A DNA stretch of 64,000 nucleotides from Longimicrobiales bacterium (GCA_965203485.1 OZ241892.1:2368001-2432000), one strand, 5' to 3'. Numbered from the stretch's first letter, positions 44,202 to 54,075 are shown. Program-made: numbers and translations. Notes: a model not told the origin generated them from the letters alone.

Positions 44202-46160
44202 ATGCTGACGCCGACGGCGTTCGCAGTGATGCCCTTGGTCGCGGCCGCGTCGGCCGGCGTCGCCGAACCATCGCGGGAAGGCGCGCTTGCCGCGGCGTTC
44301 CAGCATGTTGGCGCGCAATCCATCGACGTCGTGGAGCTCACGGTCGCCCAAGTGCGGGAGGACTACCGCGCCGGCCGGTACACGGCGGTCGATCTCGTCG
44401 GCGCCTTCCTGGAGCGGATCGCCCGTTACGAGGAGACGTACAACGCCTTCGTCTCCATGAACCCCAACGCCCTGGCCGAGGCCGCGAGGCTCGACGAGGA
44501 GCTCGCAGTCTCCGGGCCGCGCGGACCGCTGCATGGCGTGCCGGTGGCGATCAAGGACAATCTGGACTACGCGGGAATGGTCACCACTGCGGGCTTCGCC
44601 GGATTCAGCTCGCAGGCCGGGGGCATCGACATGATCCCGGGGGACGACGCCGCCGCGGTCGCGCGCCTCCGTGCCGCGGGCGCCGTCGTTCTCGGCAAGA
44701 CCAACCTGCCCGACTTCGCGGCGCACGGCACGCGCACCCGCAGCAGCGTCGCCGGCGAGACCCTGAACCCCTACGCGACCGACCGCGTTCCCGGAGGCTC
44801 CAGCGGAGGCACCGCGACGGCCGTCAACGCCAGCTTCGCGGTCGTGGGACTGGGAACGGAGACGGGCGGCTCCATCCAGAACCCGGCGGCGGCCCAAGCT
44901 CTCGTCGGCGTGAAGCCCACGTTCGGCCTGGCGCCCCTCGAAGGCGTCTTCCCGATGGACGCGACCTACCGCGACGTGGTGGGACCGCTGGCCAGGACCG
45001 TTCACGGAGCCGCCGTGGTGCTGGACGCCATCGCCGGACCGACGCCCGAGGACATGGCCACCTACGCGGCCGCCGGACGCATTCCCGAGGACGGATACGC
45101 CGCCGGACTCCGCCGCGGAGCGCTCGCAGGCAAGCGCTTCGGCCTCGTGGGAAAGGGTTGGCGCGACTCGTTCCTGCCGCTCGCGCCCAAGACCGAGCGC
45201 AAGTACCGCGACGCGGTCCGCGCCGTCGAGTCGCTCGGGGGCCAAGTCGTCGAGGACCCCTTCGCCGGGACCGACTGGGTCGCCCTGTACGACCGGCGTC
45301 CCCGCGTGCCGTCCGTGGCCAGCCACGACATGGCGGTGTACCTGCAAGGCCTCGGCGAAGACGCCGCGTTTCGGACCATTGAAGAATGGGAGTCGCTCTC
45401 CGGCCGGGAGTTCCGCGGAGGCGGCGGCCGCCGAAGCCCGCCCGCGGCCCCCTACGCCACCGAAGAGGGAGACGCCTTCCAGGCTTGGCGCCGCGAGATG
45501 CGGACCCTGTTCCGCGCCGTCCTCGCGGAGCACGACCTCGACGCCCTCTTCTTTCCGCAGGCCGGCGAGCCGATCCGCCCGCTCGTGGAGGACGCCGAGC
45601 GACCCGAATACCGTCCCAACAACCACGCCGAACTGCCCAGCAACATCGTAAACGACCTGGGCCTGCCGACCGTCACCGTGCCCTTCTCCTACTACGACGA
45701 CGGCACGCCGTTCGTGGTCGCCTTCGTCGGCGACCTGTGGACGGACGGCGACCTCCTTGCCTACGCCTACGACCTGGAGCAGGCGACGCAAGCGAGGGTC
45801 GCGCCGCGCCTGTCGGAGCTCCCGGAGAATCGTCGCGACCCGCCGGCCCGGATAGGCACCGCCACGCGGCCGCTGCTGGAGAACGCCGGTGCGCCGCCAC
45901 CCGAGCGCGACCTTCTTCTGCCGACGCACGCGGCGAGGAGCAGGACGCCGGAGACAGGCTCGGGGCCCGGAAGGCTGGAACGTCGCAAAAAGCAAATTCA
46001 ATCACCGGACATTCCGGACTCGGAAACGGGACATCGAAGCGGACATTCTGGGCCGTCGAAATCGCGCCGGGCCTCAGGATGCCGTGGCGGTCTTGCCGGG
46101 CTGGGAGAAGCCTTCGAACCGATTCGAGCCGAGTCGACCAGGGAACTGCCGCACGGATGA
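44202..46160 (+). CDS. Amidase signature family protein (secreted)
   Basis: GPLHGVPVAIKDN, GKTNLPDF, PGGSSGG, GTETGGSIQNP; last ~110 aa look like a non-conserved extension. Confidence 0.9.
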   Translation: MLTPTAFAVMPLVAAASAGVAEPSREGALAAAFQHVGAQSIDVVELTVAQVREDYRAGRYTAVDLVGAFLERIARYEETYNAFVSMNPNALAEAARLDEELAVSGPRGPLHGVPVAIKDNLDYAGMVTTAGFAGFSSQAGGIDMIPGDDAAAVARLRAAGAVVLGKTNLPDFAAHGTRTRSSVAGETLNPYATDRVPGGSSGGTATAVNASFAVVGLGTETGGSIQNPAAAQALVGVKPTFGLAPLEGVFPMDATYRDVVGPLARTVHGAAVVLDAIAGPTPEDMATYAAAGRIPEDGYAAGLRRGALAGKRFGLVGKGWRDSFLPLAPKTERKYRDAVRAVESLGGQVVEDPFAGTDWVALYDRRPRVPSVASHDMAVYLQGLGEDAAFRTIEEWESLSGREFRGGGGRRSPPAAPYATEEGDAFQAWRREMRTLFRAVLAEHDLDALFFPQAGEPIRPLVEDAERPEYRPNNHAELPSNIVNDLGLPTVTVPFSYYDDGTPFVVAFVGDLWTDGDLLAYAYDLEQATQARVAPRLSELPENRRDPPARIGTATRPLLENAGAPPPERDLLLPTHAARSRTPETGSGPGRLERRKKQIQSPDIPDSETGHRSGHSGPSKSRRASGCRGGLAGLGEAFEPIRAESTRELPHG

Positions 46161-46307
46161 CCGCATTGCGGCCCGGCTGGACATCGGCCCGGCCGCAATC
46201 CATTTTCCGGCATCGCCGGAGGGGCCGCGCAGGGGCTGGCGGACCGACGGCTCGAAGGCGCTCGCGGACTGCGCGTTTGGGCGCTTCTTTCTGATCGGAG
46301 CCGGTCG

Positions 46308-47849
46308 ATGGCGGCGGAGAAATGGAGCCCCAGCCGGGGCGGACGGATCGGACTCGGGCTCGGGGCGGCCACGTTCCTGTTGTTGCTCTTCGTGCCGGTC
46401 GCGCCGGACAACCTGCCTGCGAGCCGGATGGCCGCGGTGGCCGCGCTCATGGCCGTCTGGTGGGTGACGGACGCCATTCCGCTGTTCGCGACCGCGCTGA
46501 TGCCGCTGGCGCTGTACCCGTTGCTGGGGATCATGTCGGGCCACGACGTGGCGCCGATCTACTTCAACCACACGATCCTGCTGTTCCTCGGCGGCTTCAT
46601 GATCGCGCTCACGATGGAAAAGTGGGACCTGCACCGGCGGATCGCGCTCTCCATCATCCACGTGGTGGGCGGCGGGCCGGCGCGCATCGTGCTGGGCTTC
46701 ATGATCGCGGCCGCGTTTCTGTCGATGTGGATCTCGAACACGGCCACCGCGGTGATGATGGTGCCGATCGGCTTGGCGATCGCCCTGCGCGTGGAAGACG
46801 AGGCGGGCAAGCGGGCGGCCCGGCCCTTCTCGGTGGGGCTGATGTTGGGGATCGCCTACGGGGCGTCGGCGGGCGGGCTCACGACGCTGGTGGGCACGCC
46901 GCCGAACTTGGCGTTCGAGCGCATCTTCGGGATTCTGTTCCCGGAGGCGCCGGGCATCGGGCTGGGCCAGTGGATGGTGGTGGGCGTGCCCGTGGGGGCG
47001 ACGCTGCTGGCGGTGGCTTGGCTGCTGATCACGCACGTGCTCTTTCGGGTGCCCGCGGGCGTGACGGTGGACCGCCGAGTCGTGGAGCAGGAGCGGGCGC
47101 GCATCGGCAAGATGGCCTACGAGGAGAAGGTCGTCGCCGCCGTGTTCGCCGCCACGGTGGTCCTTTGGGTCCTGCGCACCGACCTCACGCTACCGTTCGG
47201 GACCATTCCAGGCTGGTCGGGGCTGCTGCCGTTCGGGAGCCTGATCGACGACGGCACCATCGCCATCGCCATGGCCAGCGTCCTGTTCTTCGTGCCCGCG
47301 CGAAATCGGGAGAGCGGCGCGGTGCGCGTCATGGGGCCCGACATCGTGCCCAGGCTGCCGTGGCACATCGTGCTGCTGTTCGGCGGCGGCTTCGCGCTCG
47401 CGGCCGGCTTTCAGCAGACCGGCCTGGCCCAGATCATCGGCAACCAGTTCACCGCGCTGGGAGGCGTGCCCCCGTTCGCGCTGATCCTCCTGGTGTGCGC
47501 GGCGATCACCTTCCTCACCGAACTCACGAGCAACGCCGCCACCACCGAGATGATCCTGCCCATCCTGGCCTCCGTCGCCGTCGCGACCGGCACGCACCCC
47601 CTGCTGCTGATGATTCCGGCCACGCTCTCGGCGTCCTGCGCATTCATGATGCCCGTGGCCACCCCTCCCAACGCCATCGTCTTCGGAACCGAACGCATCA
47701 AGATCGGCGACATGGCGCGCACCGGCATCTTCCTCAACATGGTCGGCGTGCTGGTGGTGGCAACCGTCGTCTACACGCTCGGGCTCTCCGTGTTCGGCAT
47801 CGATCCGGGCGAGCTGCCCACCTGGGCGGAGACGCTGGCGCAACCCTGA
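46308..47849 (+). CDS. SLC13/DASS family sodium:anion symporter
   Basis: SMWISNTAT, GTPPN, SNAAT, PVATPPNA; multiple TM segments. Confidence 0.95.
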   Translation: MAAEKWSPSRGGRIGLGLGAATFLLLLFVPVAPDNLPASRMAAVAALMAVWWVTDAIPLFATALMPLALYPLLGIMSGHDVAPIYFNHTILLFLGGFMIALTMEKWDLHRRIALSIIHVVGGGPARIVLGFMIAAAFLSMWISNTATAVMMVPIGLAIALRVEDEAGKRAARPFSVGLMLGIAYGASAGGLTTLVGTPPNLAFERIFGILFPEAPGIGLGQWMVVGVPVGATLLAVAWLLITHVLFRVPAGVTVDRRVVEQERARIGKMAYEEKVVAAVFAATVVLWVLRTDLTLPFGTIPGWSGLLPFGSLIDDGTIAIAMASVLFFVPARNRESGAVRVMGPDIVPRLPWHIVLLFGGGFALAAGFQQTGLAQIIGNQFTALGGVPPFALILLVCAAITFLTELTSNAATTEMILPILASVAVATGTHPLLLMIPATLSASCAFMMPVATPPNAIVFGTERIKIGDMARTGIFLNMVGVLVVATVVYTLGLSVFGIDPGELPTWAETLAQP

Positions 47850-47879
47850 TTCGCCGCTCGATGGAGCGTCGATGATAAC

Positions 47880-47932
47880 ATGGCCGTTTTTGACACATCG
47901 CGATTTCCCGTCGTTGCCGTTTCGATAGATGC
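47880..47932 (+). promoter_or_regulatory. Island element copy 1 (~53 bp, putative promoter/operator)
   Basis: ATGGCCGTTTTTGACACATCGCGATTTCCCGTCGTTGCCGTTTCGATAGATGC; starts 104 bp before the next ATG. Confidence 0.7.
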
Positions 47933-47983
47933 GCAAGCCACGAGGGCTCGCGAGTCGCGCGCACCAGACAAGGATAAGTTCCC

Positions 47984-48505
47984 ATGCGGACCATGCTCAA
48001 GCTGACTGCAGCTACGCTCGCCGTCACGGCCGCGATGTTGGCGTTTCCGTTGGCCAACACTTGGTCGTTGGACGCACAGTGCGTCGTTTGCAGCAAGACA
48101 GGCAATTGCGAGGACGGGAGAGGTGGATCGTCCTGCGTATCGGAGATGAACTCCGACGAAGACAAGCGTTGCACAGTCTCGGGGGGTTGCGAATGCACGA
48201 GAGTGGTACGACGCTGGTGGTTCGACACCGTCGTATGCACGCCGACCCTCGCCACTGCGTTGCCCTCTGTCGATGCTCGTCTCGTCGACTACGGTGGAAG
48301 CGAGATGGCGTTGCAACGCGTAGGACCGAGCCATTTCGCGGCAACCCAGTGCGGAGCGAACGACGACTGGGTGCTTCTTGCGCGCGAGTTGCCGGACGGC
48401 GAGTTGGTCGTCACCACGAATCCGATGATCATTCGCCTGCGACGCTGGACGCATGGCCTCGACTTCTCGCGGCAAGCTGACTCCCAAATAGCGACGCAAT
48501 CATGA
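47984..48505 (+). CDS. Secreted Cys-rich small protein (8 clustered Cys plus 1)
   Basis: Signal peptide, then C-x2-C-x5-C-x8-C-x11-C-x5-C-x-C-x13-C; stop overlaps next start (ATGA). Confidence 0.8.
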   Translation: MRTMLKLTAATLAVTAAMLAFPLANTWSLDAQCVVCSKTGNCEDGRGGSSCVSEMNSDEDKRCTVSGGCECTRVVRRWWFDTVVCTPTLATALPSVDARLVDYGGSEMALQRVGPSHFAATQCGANDDWVLLARELPDGELVVTTNPMIIRLRRWTHGLDFSRQADSQIATQS

Positions 48506-49557
48506 ATGTTCCCGCCAAGGCGGCGATGCTTTGCGCGCTGAGTTTGGCGGCGGCCGTTTCCTCGGCCGCCGCCGTCCAGCCGACGGCGCCGCATTCGTTC
48601 CAAGTCGGCGTTCGGGAGATCTGGAGCACCTACGGCGATCCAGGTTGGGGGGAGCCGATGGGCATGTTGCAATGGCCGGACGGCACCGTCTGGGTTGGCG
48701 ACTATCAAGTCTCGGAGGTTTGGGAGCTCTCAGCCGACGGCACAGAGCCGAGACGGGTTCTCCGTGAAGGCGAAGGTCCAGGCGAGCTGACCGGCGTGTC
48801 TTGGATCGTGCCGTATCGGGATGGCGGAGTTGTCGTGATGGATGCTCGGAACTTCCTGTTCTTCGGAGCAGACAAGGGATTCGTTCGGCAAGTGAGATGG
48901 AGCGCTTTCTCCGGAAGAGCCGGCTTGGTGGCAACTCCAAACGGCGATCTGGTCGTCAGCGGGGGCTCGATGCACGAAAACCACGAACTGGCGCACTTCG
49001 CCGTTCACCGCTTCCACAGGAAGCGCGGGTGGCACGTCAAGAGCTGGCACCCGGCCGCCGACCACCGACAGTGGGAAACGATTCGCCTTACGTCCGGCGG
49101 GCCGATCGCCCTTGCGAAGGATGGAGGACTCCTGGTGTCCGAGAAAGCGCCGTTCAGGATCACTCGCTACTCCGACTTGATGGGCAACGGAGCCCAACTT
49201 GTGATCGAGGACGAAGACGTGGTGTCCACATCGGAGCGGGACCGGGTGGTGACGTATACGCCCACCGGCTACAGCGTGACCACCGGTTGGACGCGGTCGA
49301 TCTTCGTCCACGAGATGGAGGGCGGTAACATTCTCAACGTCGTGAAGGTGTGGCCGGAGAATGTCGCCGCGGGCGCGAGCAACGAATGGCTCGTCGTGTC
49401 GCCGGACGGACGCATCTTGGCCCGAACACCCACCGAGAGGTCGTACGATGTCTGGAACGCAACGCCAGACGGCCATTATTTGGCGACGTATTGGGATCGC
49501 GACTCGTCGCAGACGGCGGTGGCCAAGCTGGAAGTGACAGTGGCGCCAAATCCGTGA
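48502..49557 (+). CDS. Secreted 6-bladed beta-propeller-type protein
   Basis: Signal peptide; REGEGPGEL motif; repeated blades (PDGTVWVGD, PNGDLVVS, KDGGLLVS, PDGRILA). Confidence 0.75.
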   Translation: MNVPAKAAMLCALSLAAAVSSAAAVQPTAPHSFQVGVREIWSTYGDPGWGEPMGMLQWPDGTVWVGDYQVSEVWELSADGTEPRRVLREGEGPGELTGVSWIVPYRDGGVVVMDARNFLFFGADKGFVRQVRWSAFSGRAGLVATPNGDLVVSGGSMHENHELAHFAVHRFHRKRGWHVKSWHPAADHRQWETIRLTSGGPIALAKDGGLLVSEKAPFRITRYSDLMGNGAQLVIEDEDVVSTSERDRVVTYTPTGYSVTTGWTRSIFVHEMEGGNILNVVKVWPENVAAGASNEWLVVSPDGRILARTPTERSYDVWNATPDGHYLATYWDRDSSQTAVAKLEVTVAPNP

Positions 49558-49694
49558 AGGCTATCCCGTCGTTATTTCCGGTGCTCGAGCAGGCGTTGGT
49601 AGGGCCGGGCGTTTCGCGGAGGCGGCTCTCGGAGCGCTCGCGTGTCGGCCGAATCCGCGCGTTCGCGCCGATGCACGTACCGCAGGGAACTCCG

Positions 49695-49747
49695 ATGGCC
49701 GATTTTGACACATCGCAATCTGCCGTCGTTGCAGTTTCCATTGATGC
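49695..49747 (+). promoter_or_regulatory. Island element copy 2
   Basis: ATGGCCGATTTTGACACATCGCAATCTGCCGTCGTTGCAGTTTCCATTGATGC; 46/53 identical to copy 1, no gaps. Confidence 0.7.
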
Positions 49748-49838
49748 CAAGGCAGTGCGCGGGCTGTCTGCTCACCCTATAGGAGCCGCGAGCGTCCGAC
49801 GGCCTCGCGAGCCATGGACCCGCAAGGGAGACAATCCC

Positions 49839-51050
49839 ATGTCCACTACGATGCGCGCAGGGCGGGATGGCGGCCGTGGGCCGTCTCGGTGCTGGCGGCG
49901 CGAGCGCCTTCGCCGCGTCGCTTTGCTCAGCTACGGGCGTCCGGTTTTGCCCGCCTTCGTCATAGCTGTCTTCGCGGTTCTTGGGTGCCAGCGCTCGAAA
50001 GCCCCCGATGTCGCCATCGACGAGCTCGCCATGGACATCGCGCCGTTCGCTACCGTGGTCGGCCTCCGGCCAAGCGAGACCGCCTTGGCGCTCCCGCCCC
50101 ACGAGACCGTCGCATCCTACCCCGCGAACTCGCCCCGCTATCACAGTACCGAACTAGCGGTGGCGGCCGACGGCACCATCGCGATAGGCGACCCGCGTTC
50201 CTGCTCGATTCTCCTTCTGGCCGACACCGGTCGGCACATGCGCCGAATCGAGGCATGCGCCGACACGGGGCGCGGGATCGATGATCTCTTTTGGGTCGAC
50301 CGAGACCTGCTGGGTCTCTTCGACATGCGCTCGAGGGAAGTGCGGCTACTTGGCCGCCACGGCGAGGACGCGGGCCGGGTTCCGGTCGAGCCGGTGCAGA
50401 GCGGAGTGATCACCGCCGCCTTCCCGCTCCCCGCCGACAAGTCGATTCTTGCGGCTGTCGGCTTCTTCTCGCTATCTGGACGTGAGCGCTTCGTTCAACT
50501 GCACGACTCGGGCGGTACGCCCAAGGCGGCATTCCTCTCCGCTCCGGCAGTAGCGTTGCGCCCCGACCTCCGCCTCGCGTTTGGCGTGGAGCTTTGCCTG
50601 CGACAGTCGCCCCGCCCCGGCGCCGCGCGTTTTCTCGCAATCAATCGGTGGGCGCACGACGTCGTCATGGCCGTGCCGGACGACTCGGCCGTCGCTTTCA
50701 GAAGCCTCGTGCCCATGGACGCCTACATGTATCGGGACGAGAACGACTTGCTCGCACCCTCGCCGGGCCGGGTCGCCGTGGCCTGCGGCGAAGACTCTGG
50801 CCTTGCGCATCGCACAGTTCTGCGCAGTAGACCAGATGGAGGAACAGAAACCAACGGCGTACTCGATTGGATCTCGTTTACCGGCGGCTTGATTGCCCGG
50901 TTCGATCTCGGTTCTGCGCCATTGTTCGCACGGTCGAGGGAAATAGGGATCGACAGCGCCGACCGCGCCTACGCGCTGGTTCGTGATTCCTCGGACTTGC
51001 GCGTAATACGACATCCGCTTGCGCGTCCGCCTGAAATCCACGAAAAGTGA
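49839..51050 (+). CDS. Lipoprotein, divergent beta-propeller-type
   Basis: GGAG RBS, start MSTTMRAGRDGG; lipobox VLGC; blades such as LAVAADGTIAIGD and IGIDSADRAYAL. Confidence 0.7.
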   Translation: MSTTMRAGRDGGRGPSRCWRRERLRRVALLSYGRPVLPAFVIAVFAVLGCQRSKAPDVAIDELAMDIAPFATVVGLRPSETALALPPHETVASYPANSPRYHSTELAVAADGTIAIGDPRSCSILLLADTGRHMRRIEACADTGRGIDDLFWVDRDLLGLFDMRSREVRLLGRHGEDAGRVPVEPVQSGVITAAFPLPADKSILAAVGFFSLSGRERFVQLHDSGGTPKAAFLSAPAVALRPDLRLAFGVELCLRQSPRPGAARFLAINRWAHDVVMAVPDDSAVAFRSLVPMDAYMYRDENDLLAPSPGRVAVACGEDSGLAHRTVLRSRPDGGTETNGVLDWISFTGGLIARFDLGSAPLFARSREIGIDSADRAYALVRDSSDLRVIRHPLARPPEIHEK

Positions 51051-51060
51051 GGACATGAAT

Positions 51061-52701
51061 ATGAAAGCGGTGCCATGGATGGTCGCTGCGACGACATGTT
51101 TGTCGGTTGCGGCTATACAGACCTTTAGACTTCGGAATCACGCAACGACTGTCCTTGAACTGACTCGCGAGAACCGCAGTCTCGAAGCCGTTGAGAGCGC
51201 CTACCGGGAGACAGCGCTCCGAGTCATCCGTGCCGAACTCGAGTCGGACTCCTTGGCGTTGGATCAGGGCACCCACGGAACCGTGTACATGATCGTGGAT
51301 ACGCAATGCCCGGCTTCCAAAGACGCTGTTCTCGCACTGAAGTACCGGGGCACGGCTATGCCGGTAGTCGTTGCCTCCTACCTGGACGGTCCTGACCGTA
51401 TTCGGCAGTGGCTGCTGGACCTCGGCGCCGACTTTGCAGTCATGCCTGTTCCTGTCCACCAGACGCCGTTGAAGAGCATGCCTCGCGGGATCACGCCCAT
51501 CTACCTGGAACTCGACGAGGTCGGTCCCATCGACGTTCACGTGGGAAAGCCGAAAGAAGAGTGGTTCCGGCAGGATCCGCAAGTGCCGGAGAGGGAGGTC
51601 CGCGAAGTGTTTCGGCTTGGCGACGGGACCGACGTGCCCGACTGGGCGGCATTCGTCCGAGAGCCCGATCTAGCCCTGGACGCGGCGGGCCGGCTCTACG
51701 CGCGGCCGCTGGGCGATGATCCGAGAGTACGCGTCATTGACGAGAACGGGGGCTTTGTCCGATACATCGGGCGGAAAGGCAACGGTCCGGCGGAGTTCAC
51801 GACGATCGACGACATGGGGTTCGCGGCCGACACCTTGTGGTTGCGGGACTGGCCGCCGGACCGCACGTCGTTCTTCGATTCGGCCGGGACGCACCTGAAG
51901 ACGGAGACCACTGTGCCTGCGTACGCGGGGCTGGAGCCCGGCCACGACGGAGAAACGATTCCGCTGCGGGACGGCTGGGCGCTCTACACCGCACCCCGAA
52001 CCACTACAGAGTACGGACGAGTGCGCGTTCCGTTGATGGTGGGGATTCGTGAATTGACGGAGAAACGCGACACCGTGGAGTTTCAGCTCAGGCCCACGGG
52101 CATGATCATACGCGGTGTCGGAACGTTTCATTGGGAGCCCGTCACGCTGTCGCCTCTTGTCGTGCCGCTGGCGCGCGGCAACGGCATCGCGGCCGCAAGT
52201 TGGACGGCAGACCGACCCGGCGAAGTCGTGCTTCGCCGCGTCCGCTTCGACGGGTTCCTCTCGAGGGAAGACACGCTCCGCTTTTCCGTTGCGGCGATAT
52301 CTCCCGAGGCACGCGATCGCATCGTCGCCGACGGCATGGAAAAGGCCAAGGGGCCCTACGAGTTCCACCGCAAGCGCTTCGGCGGCACGCCAAACGACTT
52401 GCGCGATGCGGTCATCGAGGGACTGGCGTTGCCCAGCCACTATTCGCCGTTGCAGGACATGTTCGCGACACCGGAGGACCGGATTTGGGTGCGCGCCACC
52501 GCTGTTGAAGACCAGAGCGACGGGGACTGGTTCGTCGTGGGTTCGGACGGCGTCGTGAACTTCCGCGTTCGCCCACCGTCCGGCGTGACCTTCAAAACGG
52601 CTCACGGAGATCGGGTTTGGGGAGTGGGCCAGGGCTACCTAGATACGCCGTACATCGCCTTGTACGAGCTATCTCAACCACCACAAGGAAAGGAAGGATA
52701 G
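51061..52701 (+). CDS. Fusion of N-terminal thioredoxin-like domain (CxxS) and 6-bladed beta-propeller
   Basis: TM/signal, VYMIVDTQCPAS and ITP; then LALDAAGRLY, IGRKGNGPAEF, C-terminal GDRVWGV...LDTPYIALY. Confidence 0.72.
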   Translation: MKAVPWMVAATTCLSVAAIQTFRLRNHATTVLELTRENRSLEAVESAYRETALRVIRAELESDSLALDQGTHGTVYMIVDTQCPASKDAVLALKYRGTAMPVVVASYLDGPDRIRQWLLDLGADFAVMPVPVHQTPLKSMPRGITPIYLELDEVGPIDVHVGKPKEEWFRQDPQVPEREVREVFRLGDGTDVPDWAAFVREPDLALDAAGRLYARPLGDDPRVRVIDENGGFVRYIGRKGNGPAEFTTIDDMGFAADTLWLRDWPPDRTSFFDSAGTHLKTETTVPAYAGLEPGHDGETIPLRDGWALYTAPRTTTEYGRVRVPLMVGIRELTEKRDTVEFQLRPTGMIIRGVGTFHWEPVTLSPLVVPLARGNGIAAASWTADRPGEVVLRRVRFDGFLSREDTLRFSVAAISPEARDRIVADGMEKAKGPYEFHRKRFGGTPNDLRDAVIEGLALPSHYSPLQDMFATPEDRIWVRATAVEDQSDGDWFVVGSDGVVNFRVRPPSGVTFKTAHGDRVWGVGQGYLDTPYIALYELSQPPQGKEG

Positions 52702-52703
52702 AG

Positions 52704-52949
52704 ATGAGCTGGAAAAAACTGATCAACGGACTCGCCCCGGTTGCGGTTGTCGCGTGCGGCTTGGGTCTCCTGGCTGCTCACCCAGCGCCTCCCGGCGCGT
52801 TTGCGGCTTGCGAGTTCAGCGTGGGTCCAAATCACGCGACTTGTTGTGCGTGCAACAAGAAGAGCTGCATCACCGTTGAGCACAACGGCGTGGCGAGTTG
52901 CACATTCGAGTTCTGTTCGAACACGACCTGCAACATCGGTCCGTCTTAG
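52704..52949 (+). CDS. Secreted 8-Cys peptide (81-aa precursor)
   Basis: Strong AGGA-rich RBS; signal ending AFA; C-x10-CC-x-C-x4-C-x10-C-x4-C-x4-C. Confidence 0.8.
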   Translation: MSWKKLINGLAPVAVVACGLGLLAAHPAPPGAFAACEFSVGPNHATCCACNKKSCITVEHNGVASCTFEFCSNTTCNIGPS

Positions 52950-52952
52950 CCT

Positions 52953-53371
52953 GGCTCCTTCCCTGTTTCGGCGGGCGCCGTAGGATGGAACGGGGGTACG
53001 GCGTGACTCTCGGAGCGAGGAGAGCGGATGGAGATGCGGGAGTGAGTGGAGCGGCCTGGGGCCGGAGTGGCGAATCAAGCGCGTGGACGAGGATTCGGAG
53101 CACCGGGAGGCGCGGGTGGCACTGGCGCGCAGGGCAGGCTCGCCGCTACCGTGCTCGGAGTGCGGGGGCTGGACGCCTGGGAGCGTCGAGCGGACGTCCC
53201 AGGCCTGGGGTCTACCCCGGACATTTCCACTTTGGTACGACAGCCTCCTTGCGTCCCCCGGGGTCGCCCCGCACTGGCTACCGGGCTACCTTGGCCGTGA
53301 CATCGGCCAAGGACGGCACGGCAGCCTGGAGACCACGCCGTGCTACCCTTCCCCCGTTTCGGAGGAAAGCC
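52953..53371 (+). mobile_element. Degenerate ISL3-family IS remnant
   Basis: One frame reads LGPEWRIKRVDEDSEHREARVAL...GSPLPCSECG, resembling an ISL3 transposase N-terminal zinc finger; ends GGCTCCTT...GGAAAGCC resemble ISL3 GGCTCT-type inverted repeats; no target-site duplication seen. Confidence 0.45.
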
Positions 53372-53372
53372 G

Positions 53373-54053
53373 TTGAAGTCAAGGGAACCGCCGACCGGAA
53401 CGACGGACGCGCCCTGCGACGGGCCACCGCCGAACGACGCGGGGGTGCCACCGTCCGACGATGTGGGAGCGCACAAGAAGGCGCCGACAACTCCGGATAC
53501 GCCTCCCAAGATCGACCTGGCGCGATTGCACGCCCGGGACCCGGCTCTGCTCAGGGAATTGGTCGAGGAGATCACGCCAAGCATCCGGGCGGCGATCCGC
53601 TCCTTCGCGACCGACGACGACGACGCGGAAGACCTCGTTCAGGAATGCTGGATACACATCATGGCCAAGCTGGATTGGTTCCGCCGGGACAGCTCCTTCC
53701 GAGCCTGGGCGACGGCCGTGAGCCGAAACTACTGCCGACAGGTCTGGAGGACGAGGAAGAGACGAGCGATCGAGACCGTGCACATCGACGAAGCGCCGGA
53801 GCCCGCGTCCGGCGAGCTGAACCCGAGCGAGGCGCTGGAACGGAGCGAACTGCGGCTCGCGGTTCAGAAGGCGCTGGCCCGGTTGCCGGACCGGGAACGC
53901 GACGCGGTAGTGATGAAGCTGATGGAGGGCCGCTCGACATCCTACATCTCCGGGCGCCTTCGCGTCTCGGAGCCGGCCGTGCGCAAGCTGGTTCGAAGGG
54001 CCTCGTTCAAGCTGAAGGAAGTGCGCGAACTGCGCGTCTTGTGGTTGCCGTGA
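53373..54053 (+). CDS. ECF RNA polymerase sigma factor
   Basis: Region 2 DAEDLVQECW, SFRAW; region 4 LARLPDRERDAVVM...VRKLVRRA; GGAGG before TTG 53373. Confidence 0.92.
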   Translation: MKSREPPTGTTDAPCDGPPPNDAGVPPSDDVGAHKKAPTTPDTPPKIDLARLHARDPALLRELVEEITPSIRAAIRSFATDDDDAEDLVQECWIHIMAKLDWFRRDSSFRAWATAVSRNYCRQVWRTRKRRAIETVHIDEAPEPASGELNPSEALERSELRLAVQKALARLPDRERDAVVMKLMEGRSTSYISGRLRVSEPAVRKLVRRASFKLKEVRELRVLWLP

Positions 54054-54075
54054 GGGCGGTCGTCCGCACCGCGCG

